From: a virus
Strand: one strand, 5' to 3'
DNA length: 47,797 bases
Virus record (IMG/VR): IMGVR_UViG_3300045391_004734
Location: 1-47,797 of that record
The notes below the pieces were generated by a model that was not told where the DNA came from, did no database searches, and saw only the letters and a list, made by a program, of their open reading frames with translations. Positions 27,177 to 34,767 of this stretch are shown here, piece after piece. Positions within the stretch are counted from its first letter, which is position 1; every line of letters begins with the position of its first letter. A program made the position numbers and the translations under genes.

Positions 27177-27195
27177 TGCAAAAGCATGAGTGACT
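27177..27195 (-). repeat. 19-nt element AGTCACTCATGCTTTTGCA (read on - strand), 18/19 identical to 37357-37375 on + strand
   Basis: read directly; both copies lie upstream of a perfect palindrome relative to the downstream gene. Confidence 0.7.
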
Positions 27196-27199
27196 CAAG

Positions 27200-28252
27200 T
27201 CAATAAGACGTAGCTATATAAATTTTATGGATAATATGATTTACGACAGCTTCAAATCGACCTATAGTTTTCTCAACATAATCTAATGAGGCAGATTTTT
27301 TCCCTATCTGCTTAGCTGTTAAAGCAAAGAGTGGAACCCCGTGTTTCTGAGAGATTGCAATAGGAGTACTACAATCAGGTATTTCAGCTATAACATAAAG
27401 GTTTAATGGATCTTGAGCCATTTTCTTTTGAACTTTATCCGGTAAAAGCATCTCAGCTTTACGAAGTTCAGGAACTAACTGAGTTTCCACTTTCTTTACA
27501 ATGTTATCAATCCAAAGCTGAAAGTCTTTCGTAGGCCTCTCATCCCACTGATTAAAACGTTGAATTACTACGCCCAAAAATATTGGTAAGTGTTCCGGTA
27601 ATTTGTAAGCGGCACTATCAAAAATATTTCTTTTCTCTGCATCCTTTTTCCATCTTACCCACTCTGGTAACCTAGTTGAAAGTGAATCAACTGCCTGCGC
27701 ATTAAAGATGTCAGCCGTGCACGGAAGAAGAAAATAATTCGACGTTAGGAACAATATCTGGTTTAGTGAAGATATAGCTGGACTCATATCAAGAAGTATA
27801 TAATCAAGTTTATATTCTTTGGCTGTTTCTTGAAAGAACTGATTAAAGGCCCCGGGGAGATTGATGTTTCCGACGGAGTTTGAGAGATTAATTGATAGGC
27901 CTAGTTTTACATCAAATTCCTGTAAATCTACATGTCCGGGAAGGAGCCAAAGATTCTTACAATTACGGAGTTCCACAAGCTTTGCTGGCTTAATTGCTTC
28001 AGGAGCTGATTCAAACGTTGGCTTTAGAGCCGAGTAAACATTTTGTATTCTCTTACTATCATATATATCTTCCATGTCTAAGAAGCCAGTTGCTTCAAGC
28101 GACATCCTTGTGAGGTTACACTGAGGATCTAAATCCACCATTAGGACGCGCTTCTTCTCTTTTGCCATGGCCCAAGCGAGATTAAAGACGGTTGTAGTCT
28201 TCCCGACTCCACCCTTTTGATTGAAGAACGCGATGACTTTAGGACCTGACAT
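27200..28252 (-). CDS. parA: ParA/Soj-family ATPase with long C-terminal extension (350 aa)
   Basis: deviant Walker A NQKGGVGKTTT at residues 11-21; MVDLDPQ; ILLDMSP. Confidence 0.8.
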   Translation of the reverse strand: MSGPKVIAFFNQKGGVGKTTTVFNLAWAMAKEKKRVLMVDLDPQCNLTRMSLEATGFLDMEDIYDSKRIQNVYSALKPTFESAPEAIKPAKLVELRNCKNLWLLPGHVDLQEFDVKLGLSINLSNSVGNINLPGAFNQFFQETAKEYKLDYILLDMSPAISSLNQILFLTSNYFLLPCTADIFNAQAVDSLSTRLPEWVRWKKDAEKRNIFDSAAYKLPEHLPIFLGVVIQRFNQWDERPTKDFQLWIDNIVKKVETQLVPELRKAEMLLPDKVQKKMAQDPLNLYVIAEIPDCSTPIAISQKHGVPLFALTAKQIGKKSASLDYVEKTIGRFEAVVNHIIHKIYIATSY

Positions 28253-28313
28253 ATTAAGTTCTCCTTAAGATAGGTATATCATTATCCTAAGATTATAGCA
28301 ATTCCTGCTAGTT

Positions 28314-29381
28314 CTAGGTCCCACCAACGCGTTGGCGGTTCCTGTACGACTCCCAGGTCCGCTGGATATTTGAATGTCCCATCCAAGAAGAAATATCTTC
28401 AAGCTTCTGTTTTCGGTCAAGCATAAGGTCAACAAATCCCTTTCTTCCTCCGTAAAGGGTAATTTTGCCCCCAAACACGGTGTGCATTGTTTTATTTAAA
28501 GGCTTTTTAAAAAGGCCTTTTTTTAAATAACCTAACGCCTCTTCTTGTTCTGAGTATAGAACGGGAATAGATTTCCATCGCTTTCTTTCTTCAATTGCAG
28601 TTAACTTAGGTTGATAAATACATAAAACCTGCTTTCCTTCTTCGTGCTTTATTAAGAAATTCTTAACGTTAATTTCACTTGGCCTTAGTCCAAACCAAAG
28701 ACTTACAAAAAGCCACTCATAGTTCCCTTGTACTTTTAGCTTAGATTTCGCATCCTTTAATAGTATTGGAGTTAGTGGATCACTTGGACCGCGATACTTC
28801 CCTGACGTTTGGTAGGCTTCATGAATTTGATTCTTCACATGAGCTGAGGGAAGATCAACAGGGTAAAAACTTTGACCCCGCTTCTTACAGATAAATTTTC
28901 CCCACATGTTCAGTAACCGAATTAATTTACGAACATAATCATAGCTATTGCCGTTTTTAACAAAGTACTTATAGAAAGCATTTTGTCGGTCATTATACTC
29001 AACTGCCTCAATATGAAGATCTTTTAGCATGGTCTGTAAGTACTGCCAGTGAGACAGGATTTTTTTATCGTTCTTACTAAAACTTTCTTGAATTAGTCTT
29101 TTATAAAACTCATCTGAATAACCTTTAGGAACGTAGATAGATTCCACGATTGTGATATCCCGAGCCCGTCGCGAAGCGGGGACTAGACGCTTGTCTGTTT
29201 GCTTTTTAAGATTAAGTTCTTTAGCTCGGTCCCTTGCCTCAGCTAGAGACATGGATGGATTAAATCCTAACGAGCTGTAAGACTCTGTAAGAATCTTACG
29301 TTGACCTCTTTTACCATCCTTATAAAAGGTCTCCCATACCTGCCAAGTGTATCCGGTTTTGGAACGTACATAAAAAGACAT
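28314..29381 (-). CDS. int: tyrosine integrase
   Basis: 355 aa; LRPSEI .. GGRKGF .. GHSNIQRTWESYRN; adjacent to a tRNA 3' fragment. Confidence 0.8.
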   Translation of the reverse strand: MSFYVRSKTGYTWQVWETFYKDGKRGQRKILTESYSSLGFNPSMSLAEARDRAKELNLKKQTDKRLVPASRRARDITIVESIYVPKGYSDEFYKRLIQESFSKNDKKILSHWQYLQTMLKDLHIEAVEYNDRQNAFYKYFVKNGNSYDYVRKLIRLLNMWGKFICKKRGQSFYPVDLPSAHVKNQIHEAYQTSGKYRGPSDPLTPILLKDAKSKLKVQGNYEWLFVSLWFGLRPSEINVKNFLIKHEEGKQVLCIYQPKLTAIEERKRWKSIPVLYSEQEEALGYLKKGLFKKPLNKTMHTVFGGKITLYGGRKGFVDLMLDRKQKLEDISSWMGHSNIQRTWESYRNRQRVGGT

Positions 29382-29424
29382 AGTATCTCCTTATGTCGCA
29401 TCGGAAGAATTCAAAACGTGCTAC

Positions 29425-29451
29425 ACCTGCTACTCCGGCGTAGCAGGTTTT
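29425..29451. terminator. 9-bp perfect hairpin ACCTGCTAC-TCCGGC-GTAGCAGGT followed by TTTT on the + strand
   Basis: read directly; lies between the int start and the tRNA-like fragment. Confidence 0.45.
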
Positions 29452-29492
29452 AATTGTCAAGCCACTGTAATCATTAGGAAAATGCTAATTCC

Positions 29493-29530
29493 TGGTGGAC
29501 GTGACAGGAATCGAACCTGCGACACAACAC
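29493..29530 (-). other. attP core candidate: 3' portion of a tRNA gene (T-arm, acceptor 3' strand, CCA)
   Basis: - strand reads ..GTCGCAGGTTCGATTCCTGTCACGTCCACCA; no matching 5' acceptor strand GGACGTG within 80 nt, so not a complete tRNA. Confidence 0.65.
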
Positions 29531-29582
29531 AGAATATAAATGTATTGCTTTAAGACTGTCAAGAGATTTAGGATTTTAAGAT

Positions 29583-29774
29583 ATGAAGTACGTAGCTTTA
29601 ATTTTATTTAGCCCAATATGGGCTCTAATGTTTTTCTTGATGAGTATACTAGTGCTTTCAATGCTCGCCATTAGTTGCATTGAATTTCCTGTAAAGAGTG
29701 GCAAGGCGAGCCAGGACAAGAAATATCAAGCGCGAAGCGCTGGCGAGCTGTCTATACCAACTTTTTCTTCTTAG
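29583..29774 (+). CDS. small membrane protein candidate (63 aa)
   Basis: two hydrophobic segments; weak RBS; lone + strand ORF next to attP. Confidence 0.35.
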   Translation: MKYVALILFSPIWALMFFLMSILVLSMLAISCIEFPVKSGKASQDKKYQARSAGELSIPTFSS

Positions 29775-29973
29775 TTTTTCTCTTACTGGGGATTTCTTGT
29801 AATGACGCTGCTCGAATTTCTGCAGCTTCTGTTTCATCACATAGCTCAGCGTTTAAAACACACGACTCATCAAATCCGTAATCAATAGAATCAAATCCAT
29901 ATTCGTCACGAGATCTTTTTCCACAGGCCTTACATTGATATACTTTGCCTTTAGGGGCTCTTTTATTAGCCAT
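29752..29973 (-). CDS. small zinc-ribbon-like protein (73 aa)
   Basis: YQCKACGK .. basic C-terminus. Confidence 0.5.
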   Translation of the reverse strand: MANKRAPKGKVYQCKACGKRSRDEYGFDSIDYGFDESCVLNAELCDETEAAEIRAASLQEIPSKRKTKKKKLV

Positions 29974-30010
29974 TATTTCCTCTCTCTGACTTTACTCATT
30001 TTAGTTCCGA

Positions 30011-30055
30011 TTAATGTAAATTATCGTTTCCATTAAGTAGGTTAATGTAAATTAT
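30011..30055. repeat. two direct copies of TTAATGTAAATTAT (30011-30024, 30042-30055), 31 nt start to start
   Basis: read directly; intergenic, upstream of the 29973 gene. Confidence 0.7.
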
Positions 30056-30060
30056 ATTTT

Positions 30061-30435
30061 TCACTTCCCCTCCCGTCTGCTATCTTCGCTATCAGACTGA
30101 CCCCCTGAAGGGGCCAATATCTCGGCGAGTTGGGTGTCGTATGCATCCAATAATACTTGGACGGAAATAGACCCGGACTCAAAAGAATTTCTTTGCAGAA
30201 TGCATTCTTCCAGCGCGTCGAGTAGGCGCGTGACGAATTGCGGTTGGAACTTAATTACGTGTTCAACATCCTCTATGCGCCAATAATGTGGTCTTTCATT
30301 ATCGTGCTTAGATTGGCTGGGCGCTGGCTTGTTGACGATGGCGTAGAATGGATGATTGCTGACGCCAGTCCATTGCTCTTGCGTCGCCTTACTCGCCACT
30401 TCCCGCGCCTGCTTGATTATTTCGGGGAGGGTCAT
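30061..30435 (-). CDS. hypothetical protein (124 aa; Ead/Ea22-like N-terminus by recall)
   Basis: AREVASKATQEQW segment; continuous ORF. Confidence 0.5.
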   Translation of the reverse strand: MTLPEIIKQAREVASKATQEQWTGVSNHPFYAIVNKPAPSQSKHDNERPHYWRIEDVEHVIKFQPQFVTRLLDALEECILQRNSFESGSISVQVLLDAYDTQLAEILAPSGGQSDSEDSRREGK

Positions 30436-30614
30436 AGGTCCTCCGCTTCGTGAATAAAAACAATTCTATCATTTGTTAGGGCCATATCTTGCATTGGCAT
30501 TTGATACTGAATAACTGTGGGGGAATGAATTGGATGCAAAACTTCAATCATTAATTCAATCTCGAAATTATCTGGTTTATCAGCCAACCACGCTTTTAAT
30601 TTTTCGACGGTCAT
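30432..30614 (-). CDS. hypothetical protein (60 aa)
   Basis: 4-nt overlaps with both neighbours. Confidence 0.5.
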   Translation of the reverse strand: MTVEKLKAWLADKPDNFEIELMIEVLHPIHSPTVIQYQMPMQDMALTNDRIVFIHEAEDL

Positions 30615-31234
30615 CTCTCATCCTTTCGCGGGTTTGTTTCCTCTATTTTTGCGAGCGCTTCATCAAATCCACAATCACAATTACGCGGTCCAAAATCATA
30701 CGCGGTAGATGCGTTGCGACTGTCACAGCTATCTTTATGCTCCATATATGATCTCGCCACGCCAAGCTTTTCGCGCAGTTTGTCGTTTTCAGCGTTGAGC
30801 CGCATGTGTCTGCGTTGCAAATCTAAATGTTCTTTTAGATCAAACTTCTCAGGGCTATTCGCTATCGCGCGAAGTTCTTTGTTTTCAGAGCGGAGTTCGG
30901 CCTCTTGGCGAAACATTTGCTTTTTAATTCCTTGCAATTGCAGCTCGTGCATTTGATCGCGATCTTCTAGAGCCGCCCTTGCACCATCACGCTCCGCCTT
31001 CAACTCCTCAATCTGCTTCTCCAACGCATCCACTCGGCTATTATGAAGACTCAAGCTAATGCAGTTGTCGCTCATGGTTTTTACTTGCTCGGCTAAGGCG
31101 TCATGAGAATCCTTACTCACGAAAAGTAAAACTTCTTCGTGTAAAGCACGTTGGAAATTATTTGGAACTTCCCAGTAGATTGCGTCTGGTTTTACGCCTA
31201 TCCAAACTAGAGATGCCTTTTTATTTTCGTTCAT
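30611..31234 (-). CDS. coiled-coil protein (207 aa from ATG 31234)
   Basis: AGAGG RBS before ATG 31234; heptad-like charged sequence. Confidence 0.55.
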   Translation of the reverse strand: MNENKKASLVWIGVKPDAIYWEVPNNFQRALHEEVLLFVSKDSHDALAEQVKTMSDNCISLSLHNSRVDALEKQIEELKAERDGARAALEDRDQMHELQLQGIKKQMFRQEAELRSENKELRAIANSPEKFDLKEHLDLQRRHMRLNAENDKLREKLGVARSYMEHKDSCDSRNASTAYDFGPRNCDCGFDEALAKIEETNPRKDER

Positions 31235-31451
31235 TTTCAAAACCTCTATCTTGGACAGACCTAACAAATTCTAAAACCTTGTGACCTTTTCCACGAGCGA
31301 ATAAATCAGCGGGACTAAAACCACCGAAGTTATGATTTTCTGTGTGAAACCACGCCATCATTTTATCTAAGTCACAATCAAAGGAATCGTGAACAGCGAA
31401 AATGCAGTCTATTAAATCCCAACTTATTTCGGTTTGATTCTCACTCCCCAT
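31221..31451 (-). CDS. DUF2384-like (Xre/MbcA/ParS antitoxin C-terminal domain-like) protein
   Basis: MMAWFHTENHNFGGFSPADLFARGKGHKVLEFV fits the remembered pattern W...N..LGG..P..L....G...V. Confidence 0.45.
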   Translation of the reverse strand: MGSENQTEISWDLIDCIFAVHDSFDCDLDKMMAWFHTENHNFGGFSPADLFARGKGHKVLEFVRSVQDRGFENERK

Positions 31452-31749
31452 CGGCGCTCCTCCATTTGGGTAGGTTGGAAGGAATATCAGATAAATACCC
31501 TAGTACCCACCATGTTCGCTTTCCATTTTCTTTCCATTCAGCCATTAAAATGGCCTTAGACCATTCACCATCATTTAATGACCAACAGTATTTGAAATCA
31601 TCCTTAGGCGGCTCATTCCATTGTTTAATCCACTTATTATTAAGAATCTCTTCTATCGTTATGCGCTCTAACTCACATGGGTTTGTATCTATGTCCACGA
31701 AGGCAGGTATATGGGCTTTAAATTTCATTATTAGGTGGCTCTCACTCAT
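31441..31749 (-). CDS. hypothetical protein (102 aa)
   Basis: continuous ORF, overlapping ends. Confidence 0.5.
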   Translation of the reverse strand: MSESHLIMKFKAHIPAFVDIDTNPCELERITIEEILNNKWIKQWNEPPKDDFKYCWSLNDGEWSKAILMAEWKENGKRTWWVLGYLSDIPSNLPKWRSADGE

Positions 31750-32230
31750 TCGGCGCGGTCCTTTGTTTCAAAGCGGCGCGGGCTCGTTTGCCGCCGATAG
31801 TAGTGCCTAAATTTAACAATGTGTTTGGCTGTTTTTTGTCGGGAATAAATTCTGTATCGCCTGATATTTTAATCTTTATACCGCCAGTTCCGAGCCAGTT
31901 CCCTTTGTCAGCATAAAACTCCAACGCCGCCTCCAACTGAGCTATGCGAGTGTACGCTTGCTCGAGGGCGCTGTATTCGATGACGTGAATCATCCGCTTT
32001 CTAATATCGTCCCACAAATGATTGTTGTTTAAATCTGTAACGGCATCCAATAAACCATTTGCATCACAAGAACTATCAACTGGATCAATCCAAAACTCGC
32101 GAGGCTTGGGGGTGGTCATAGTTAATAACTCCTTGCTAATTAATAATCCTGGTAAAGCAAAATCATCTGAGAAATTGTCGTCTACAACAATGGGGATACC
32201 GTTAAATTTAAAACAGTCGTCAGCGTCCAT
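31742..32230 (-). CDS. hypothetical protein (162 aa from ATG 32230)
   Basis: TAATG coupling with the stop of 32230-32547. Confidence 0.5.
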   Translation of the reverse strand: MDADDCFKFNGIPIVVDDNFSDDFALPGLLISKELLTMTTPKPREFWIDPVDSSCDANGLLDAVTDLNNNHLWDDIRKRMIHVIEYSALEQAYTRIAQLEAALEFYADKGNWLGTGGIKIKISGDTEFIPDKKQPNTLLNLGTTIGGKRARAALKQRTAPNE

Positions 32231-32547
32231 TACTCCGCACTCTCCCATTTCGCACGCAGCTTGACGCCGCAGTGTTTGCATTTGTTTTCAGTAAATAAGG
32301 TTTCGGGAAAATGCTCACAATCCGCTTTCGCGAGCGGCTCGAGACAAACCAGTAGCGCGCTATGCGTGTCAACGCTTGTTGGCTTGCCAGTGTCAAAGCC
32401 ATACCAAGTGTTCGGCGTATCTTGTCCCGCGAACCCAAACACCCGCACGCCGCGCTTTTGTAGGAGTTTTTCGGCGTGTTCTGCAATCTCGTACGGAAAC
32501 ATTTTCTTGTTGAAAACAAAATCCTCTGGTTTAAAAAAGGGTTTCAT
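32230..32547 (-). CDS. hypothetical protein (105 aa)
   Basis: 4-nt overlap with the upstream gene. Confidence 0.5.
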   Translation of the reverse strand: MKPFFKPEDFVFNKKMFPYEIAEHAEKLLQKRGVRVFGFAGQDTPNTWYGFDTGKPTSVDTHSALLVCLEPLAKADCEHFPETLFTENKCKHCGVKLRAKWESAE

Positions 32548-32945
32548 TTGAACTCCGCTTTAATATAAAACCCACCGTAATAACCATTGTGCTCATTGTG
32601 ATTTGCTACAGTGATTTCGCCTTTATCAGTCTCAATAATTAAAAACTGACACTCGCTTACGTCGCCATCGTTATCTTTGCTGGGACCGTCTTTAATCTTG
32701 ATACCTTGTAATTTAGCTCCTGTGAAAAATGATAAATCATCGTCGCAATACATATGGCGATACTCGCAACATGATTGCCCGTCGTCCCATAGATCTAAAT
32801 AACCTTCGTCAAAAAATAATTGAAAATGGTTATCATCAATTTTTAATTCTTTGATGGTCTTGCCTATACAAGATTCGACAGCTACCGCCGAACTTTTATT
32901 TCCACCTAGCATTTGGATCATTACTCCTAAACCTAATTGACTCAC
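32544..32945 (-). CDS. conserved phage protein (133 aa)
   Basis: GTG start in a GTGA overlap; WDDGQSCCEYRHMYCDDDL .. HNEHNGYYGGF motifs recalled from other phages. Confidence 0.55.
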   Translation of the reverse strand: MSQLGLGVMIQMLGGNKSSAVAVESCIGKTIKELKIDDNHFQLFFDEGYLDLWDDGQSCCEYRHMYCDDDLSFFTGAKLQGIKIKDGPSKDNDGDVSECQFLIIETDKGEITVANHNEHNGYYGGFYIKAEFK

Positions 32946-33040
32946 CTCTCAACCCTCCCACACCTCAAGCATTCAATACAAAGCGGCGGTTCTCCCCATG
33001 TCCATTGATGGCCGAGGAGGAGACAAGTTAGTTTGGTCAT
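32942..33040 (-). CDS. micro-ORF (32 aa, Cys-rich)
   Basis: ATGA overlap upstream and GTGA overlap downstream; MTKLTCLLLGHQWTWGEPPLCIECLRCGRVER. Confidence 0.35.
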   Translation of the reverse strand: MTKLTCLLLGHQWTWGEPPLCIECLRCGRVER

Positions 33041-33210
33041 TTTAAGAACTTTCCACATATTAAACATTCCGTACTTGTACCGCCGTAACCAGAACAGCTT
33101 TCTGTTTTTTCATGCTTACACTTAGCTTGGATTTTTTCAATTTGAGCCCATATTTTTTTCTTATAGTTTTCTAACTTCTCTTGCAGAAGTCGTACTTTAG
33201 TTTTGGTCAT
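33037..33210 (-). CDS. micro-ORF (57 aa, Cys-containing)
   Basis: ATGA overlaps at both ends; ..CKHEKTESCSGYGGTSTECLICGKFLK. Confidence 0.4.
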   Translation of the reverse strand: MTKTKVRLLQEKLENYKKKIWAQIEKIQAKCKHEKTESCSGYGGTSTECLICGKFLK

Positions 33211-33413
33211 TTTAACCTCATATCCGTTAGTAACTCATTAATCTTGTCTCTAACTTCTTGAATACTAATCTTAGTTCTGTTTTTATACTTCGATAAGTCT
33301 CGTAGCCAGTTATCTAAATCACTTATAGCAATACTGTAAACAATCCCTTTTTGAGCATAATAGAACTCCTCATTTTCCTCTGGGAGGTTGAAAGAAAGGT
33401 AAGCTTTGGGCAT
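33207..33413 (-). CDS. hypothetical protein (68 aa)
   Basis: AAGGAG RBS 7 nt before ATG 33413. Confidence 0.55.
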   Translation of the reverse strand: MPKAYLSFNLPEENEEFYYAQKGIVYSIAISDLDNWLRDLSKYKNRTKISIQEVRDKINELLTDMRLK

Positions 33414-34311
33414 TCAAAAACTCCTTTAAGATTTCTATAAGTCGTTTACGATCCTTCTCGACATCAGCTATTCTTGCATACTCCACCGTCTGCGCTCGTG
33501 AATCCACCGGGATGAGTTCTGTAGGAATACCTAGAGACAAGGCTGGTATCGCTAAGTGAACACGACCGGAGAGCACTTCCGATGAGGCATGTAACGCGGC
33601 AAAAGCTTGATCTGTATCATGCAACATCTTTACAAAAAACCCAGCGCTACTTGCTATATTCATCTCGTGTTGGTTAACGACGTAGACCATGGCATTCTTT
33701 TCTTTCGCCCAATCAAACTGCTTTTTCACCAGTGCATTACGCTCTTCATCCGTGAAACATCCTGCGGAGATTCCGTTCTTAGGATCATAAAAGAAAAGGG
33801 AGTTATGTGGTTTTTTAGCTTCGCTATAAGGCAAGTTCTCTTTAGCGAAGTACGCCGGACACACCAATAACTCCGCCTTCACTCCACATTGAGTCAACGT
33901 CTCAAGAATCAAGTGATCTCGTACTACTATAGTGGCTCCGTCGAAAAACTCTTTCACCTTCGTCGCGCCCAGTTTCACAATCGAATCACTGATCTCTTGC
34001 TCTTTCCCTAGCGGGTAACAAGACCCAACACCTAGGAATAGTACTTTAGCTTGTGGATTGTCTTTACATATTTGAGTCATGCTTCGCCATTTAGGAGAAC
34101 GCCAAGCGCGATCCCAAAGCCACGGACTTCCTGACACGATGATGTGAGTAGTCCCTTCTGGAAGAACCACCCTCTCGTTTGTCTCAGAGAACTTGACTCT
34201 AGTGACGCTCGCGCCTTCGGCGCTCGCTGCAATAAGATTCTCCGCTCCGCGAGCTATCATGGAATCTGTGCATGGCATGTCGGGGGGAGTTATGAGTGCA
34301 CTGTTAATCAC
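33370..34311 (-). CDS. GT-B-fold transferase-like protein (polysaccharide pyruvyl/glycosyl-transferase-like)
   Basis: 313 aa; C-terminal SGRVHLAIPALSLGIPTELIPVDSRAQ resembles the RxH..I.A...G.P motif of such transferases (recall only). Confidence 0.4.
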   Translation of the reverse strand: MINSALITPPDMPCTDSMIARGAENLIAASAEGASVTRVKFSETNERVVLPEGTTHIIVSGSPWLWDRAWRSPKWRSMTQICKDNPQAKVLFLGVGSCYPLGKEQEISDSIVKLGATKVKEFFDGATIVVRDHLILETLTQCGVKAELLVCPAYFAKENLPYSEAKKPHNSLFFYDPKNGISAGCFTDEERNALVKKQFDWAKEKNAMVYVVNQHEMNIASSAGFFVKMLHDTDQAFAALHASSEVLSGRVHLAIPALSLGIPTELIPVDSRAQTVEYARIADVEKDRKRLIEILKEFLNAQSLPFFQPPRGK

Positions 34312-34414
34312 GTCGGCCTCTGTTTAAGCGTCGCAGTGAGTTCGCTATGTCTACAAGTACAAAGTACACTAACACAGCAGCGATGATCATAGAGATGTGA
34401 TAGACGTTGTCCAT
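34304..34414 (-). CDS. micro-ORF, single TM (36 aa)
   Basis: ATG 34414 one nt after the lipoprotein stop; ISMIIAAVLVYFVLV. Confidence 0.35.
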   Translation of the reverse strand: MDNVYHISMIIAAVLVYFVLVDIANSLRRLNRGRRD

Positions 34415-34415
34415 G

Positions 34416-34709
34416 TTACTCCAAACTCTCTTTATAAGCGCGTAATAGGTCATTACACGAGACTTTAATATGAGGGGTATGTATGTGCTTAGGCTTGTCG
34501 TGTTTTGACGTTTTCTTATGGCCGAGAACTGCTTCGCAGCCATCTAAAAAGCCCTGAAAACGTGCTTCAGTCACTGTTATCGGCGTAGGAGGAGTAGCTG
34601 GCTCGCCGGGAACGTTTTCTACAGGCTCTCCCGGCTCGGAGAATCCCCCGTACTCTACTTGTCCACAGGCGCCGAGACCTAGGAATAGGGTGATTAGAAC
34701 GTACTTCAT
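34416..34709 (-). CDS. lipoprotein (97 aa from ATG 34709)
   Basis: AAGGAG RBS; MKYVLITLFLGLGAC lipobox; the track ORF start at 34859 is unlikely. Confidence 0.65.
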   Translation of the reverse strand: MKYVLITLFLGLGACGQVEYGGFSEPGEPVENVPGEPATPPTPITVTEARFQGFLDGCEAVLGHKKTSKHDKPKHIHTPHIKVSCNDLLRAYKESLE

Positions 34710-34767
34710 AAAAGCTCCTTGCTGCTCGCCCGTCTTCGACCTCCGGTCTCGACTGGCTCGCTTGTTA

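Noticed and set aside
28265-28474. 69-aa - strand ORF overlapping the integrase 3' end
   Set aside because: It is out of frame within the integrase gene and runs into the parA upstream region. It has no RBS, and the integrase frame has the recognisable catalytic motifs.
29493-29568. Possible complete tRNA gene on the - strand
   Set aside because: Only the T-arm, acceptor 3' strand and CCA are present. The 76 nt ending at CCA start with AATCTCT, which cannot pair with CACGTCC. No D or anticodon arm could be drawn. It was kept as an attP tRNA fragment instead.
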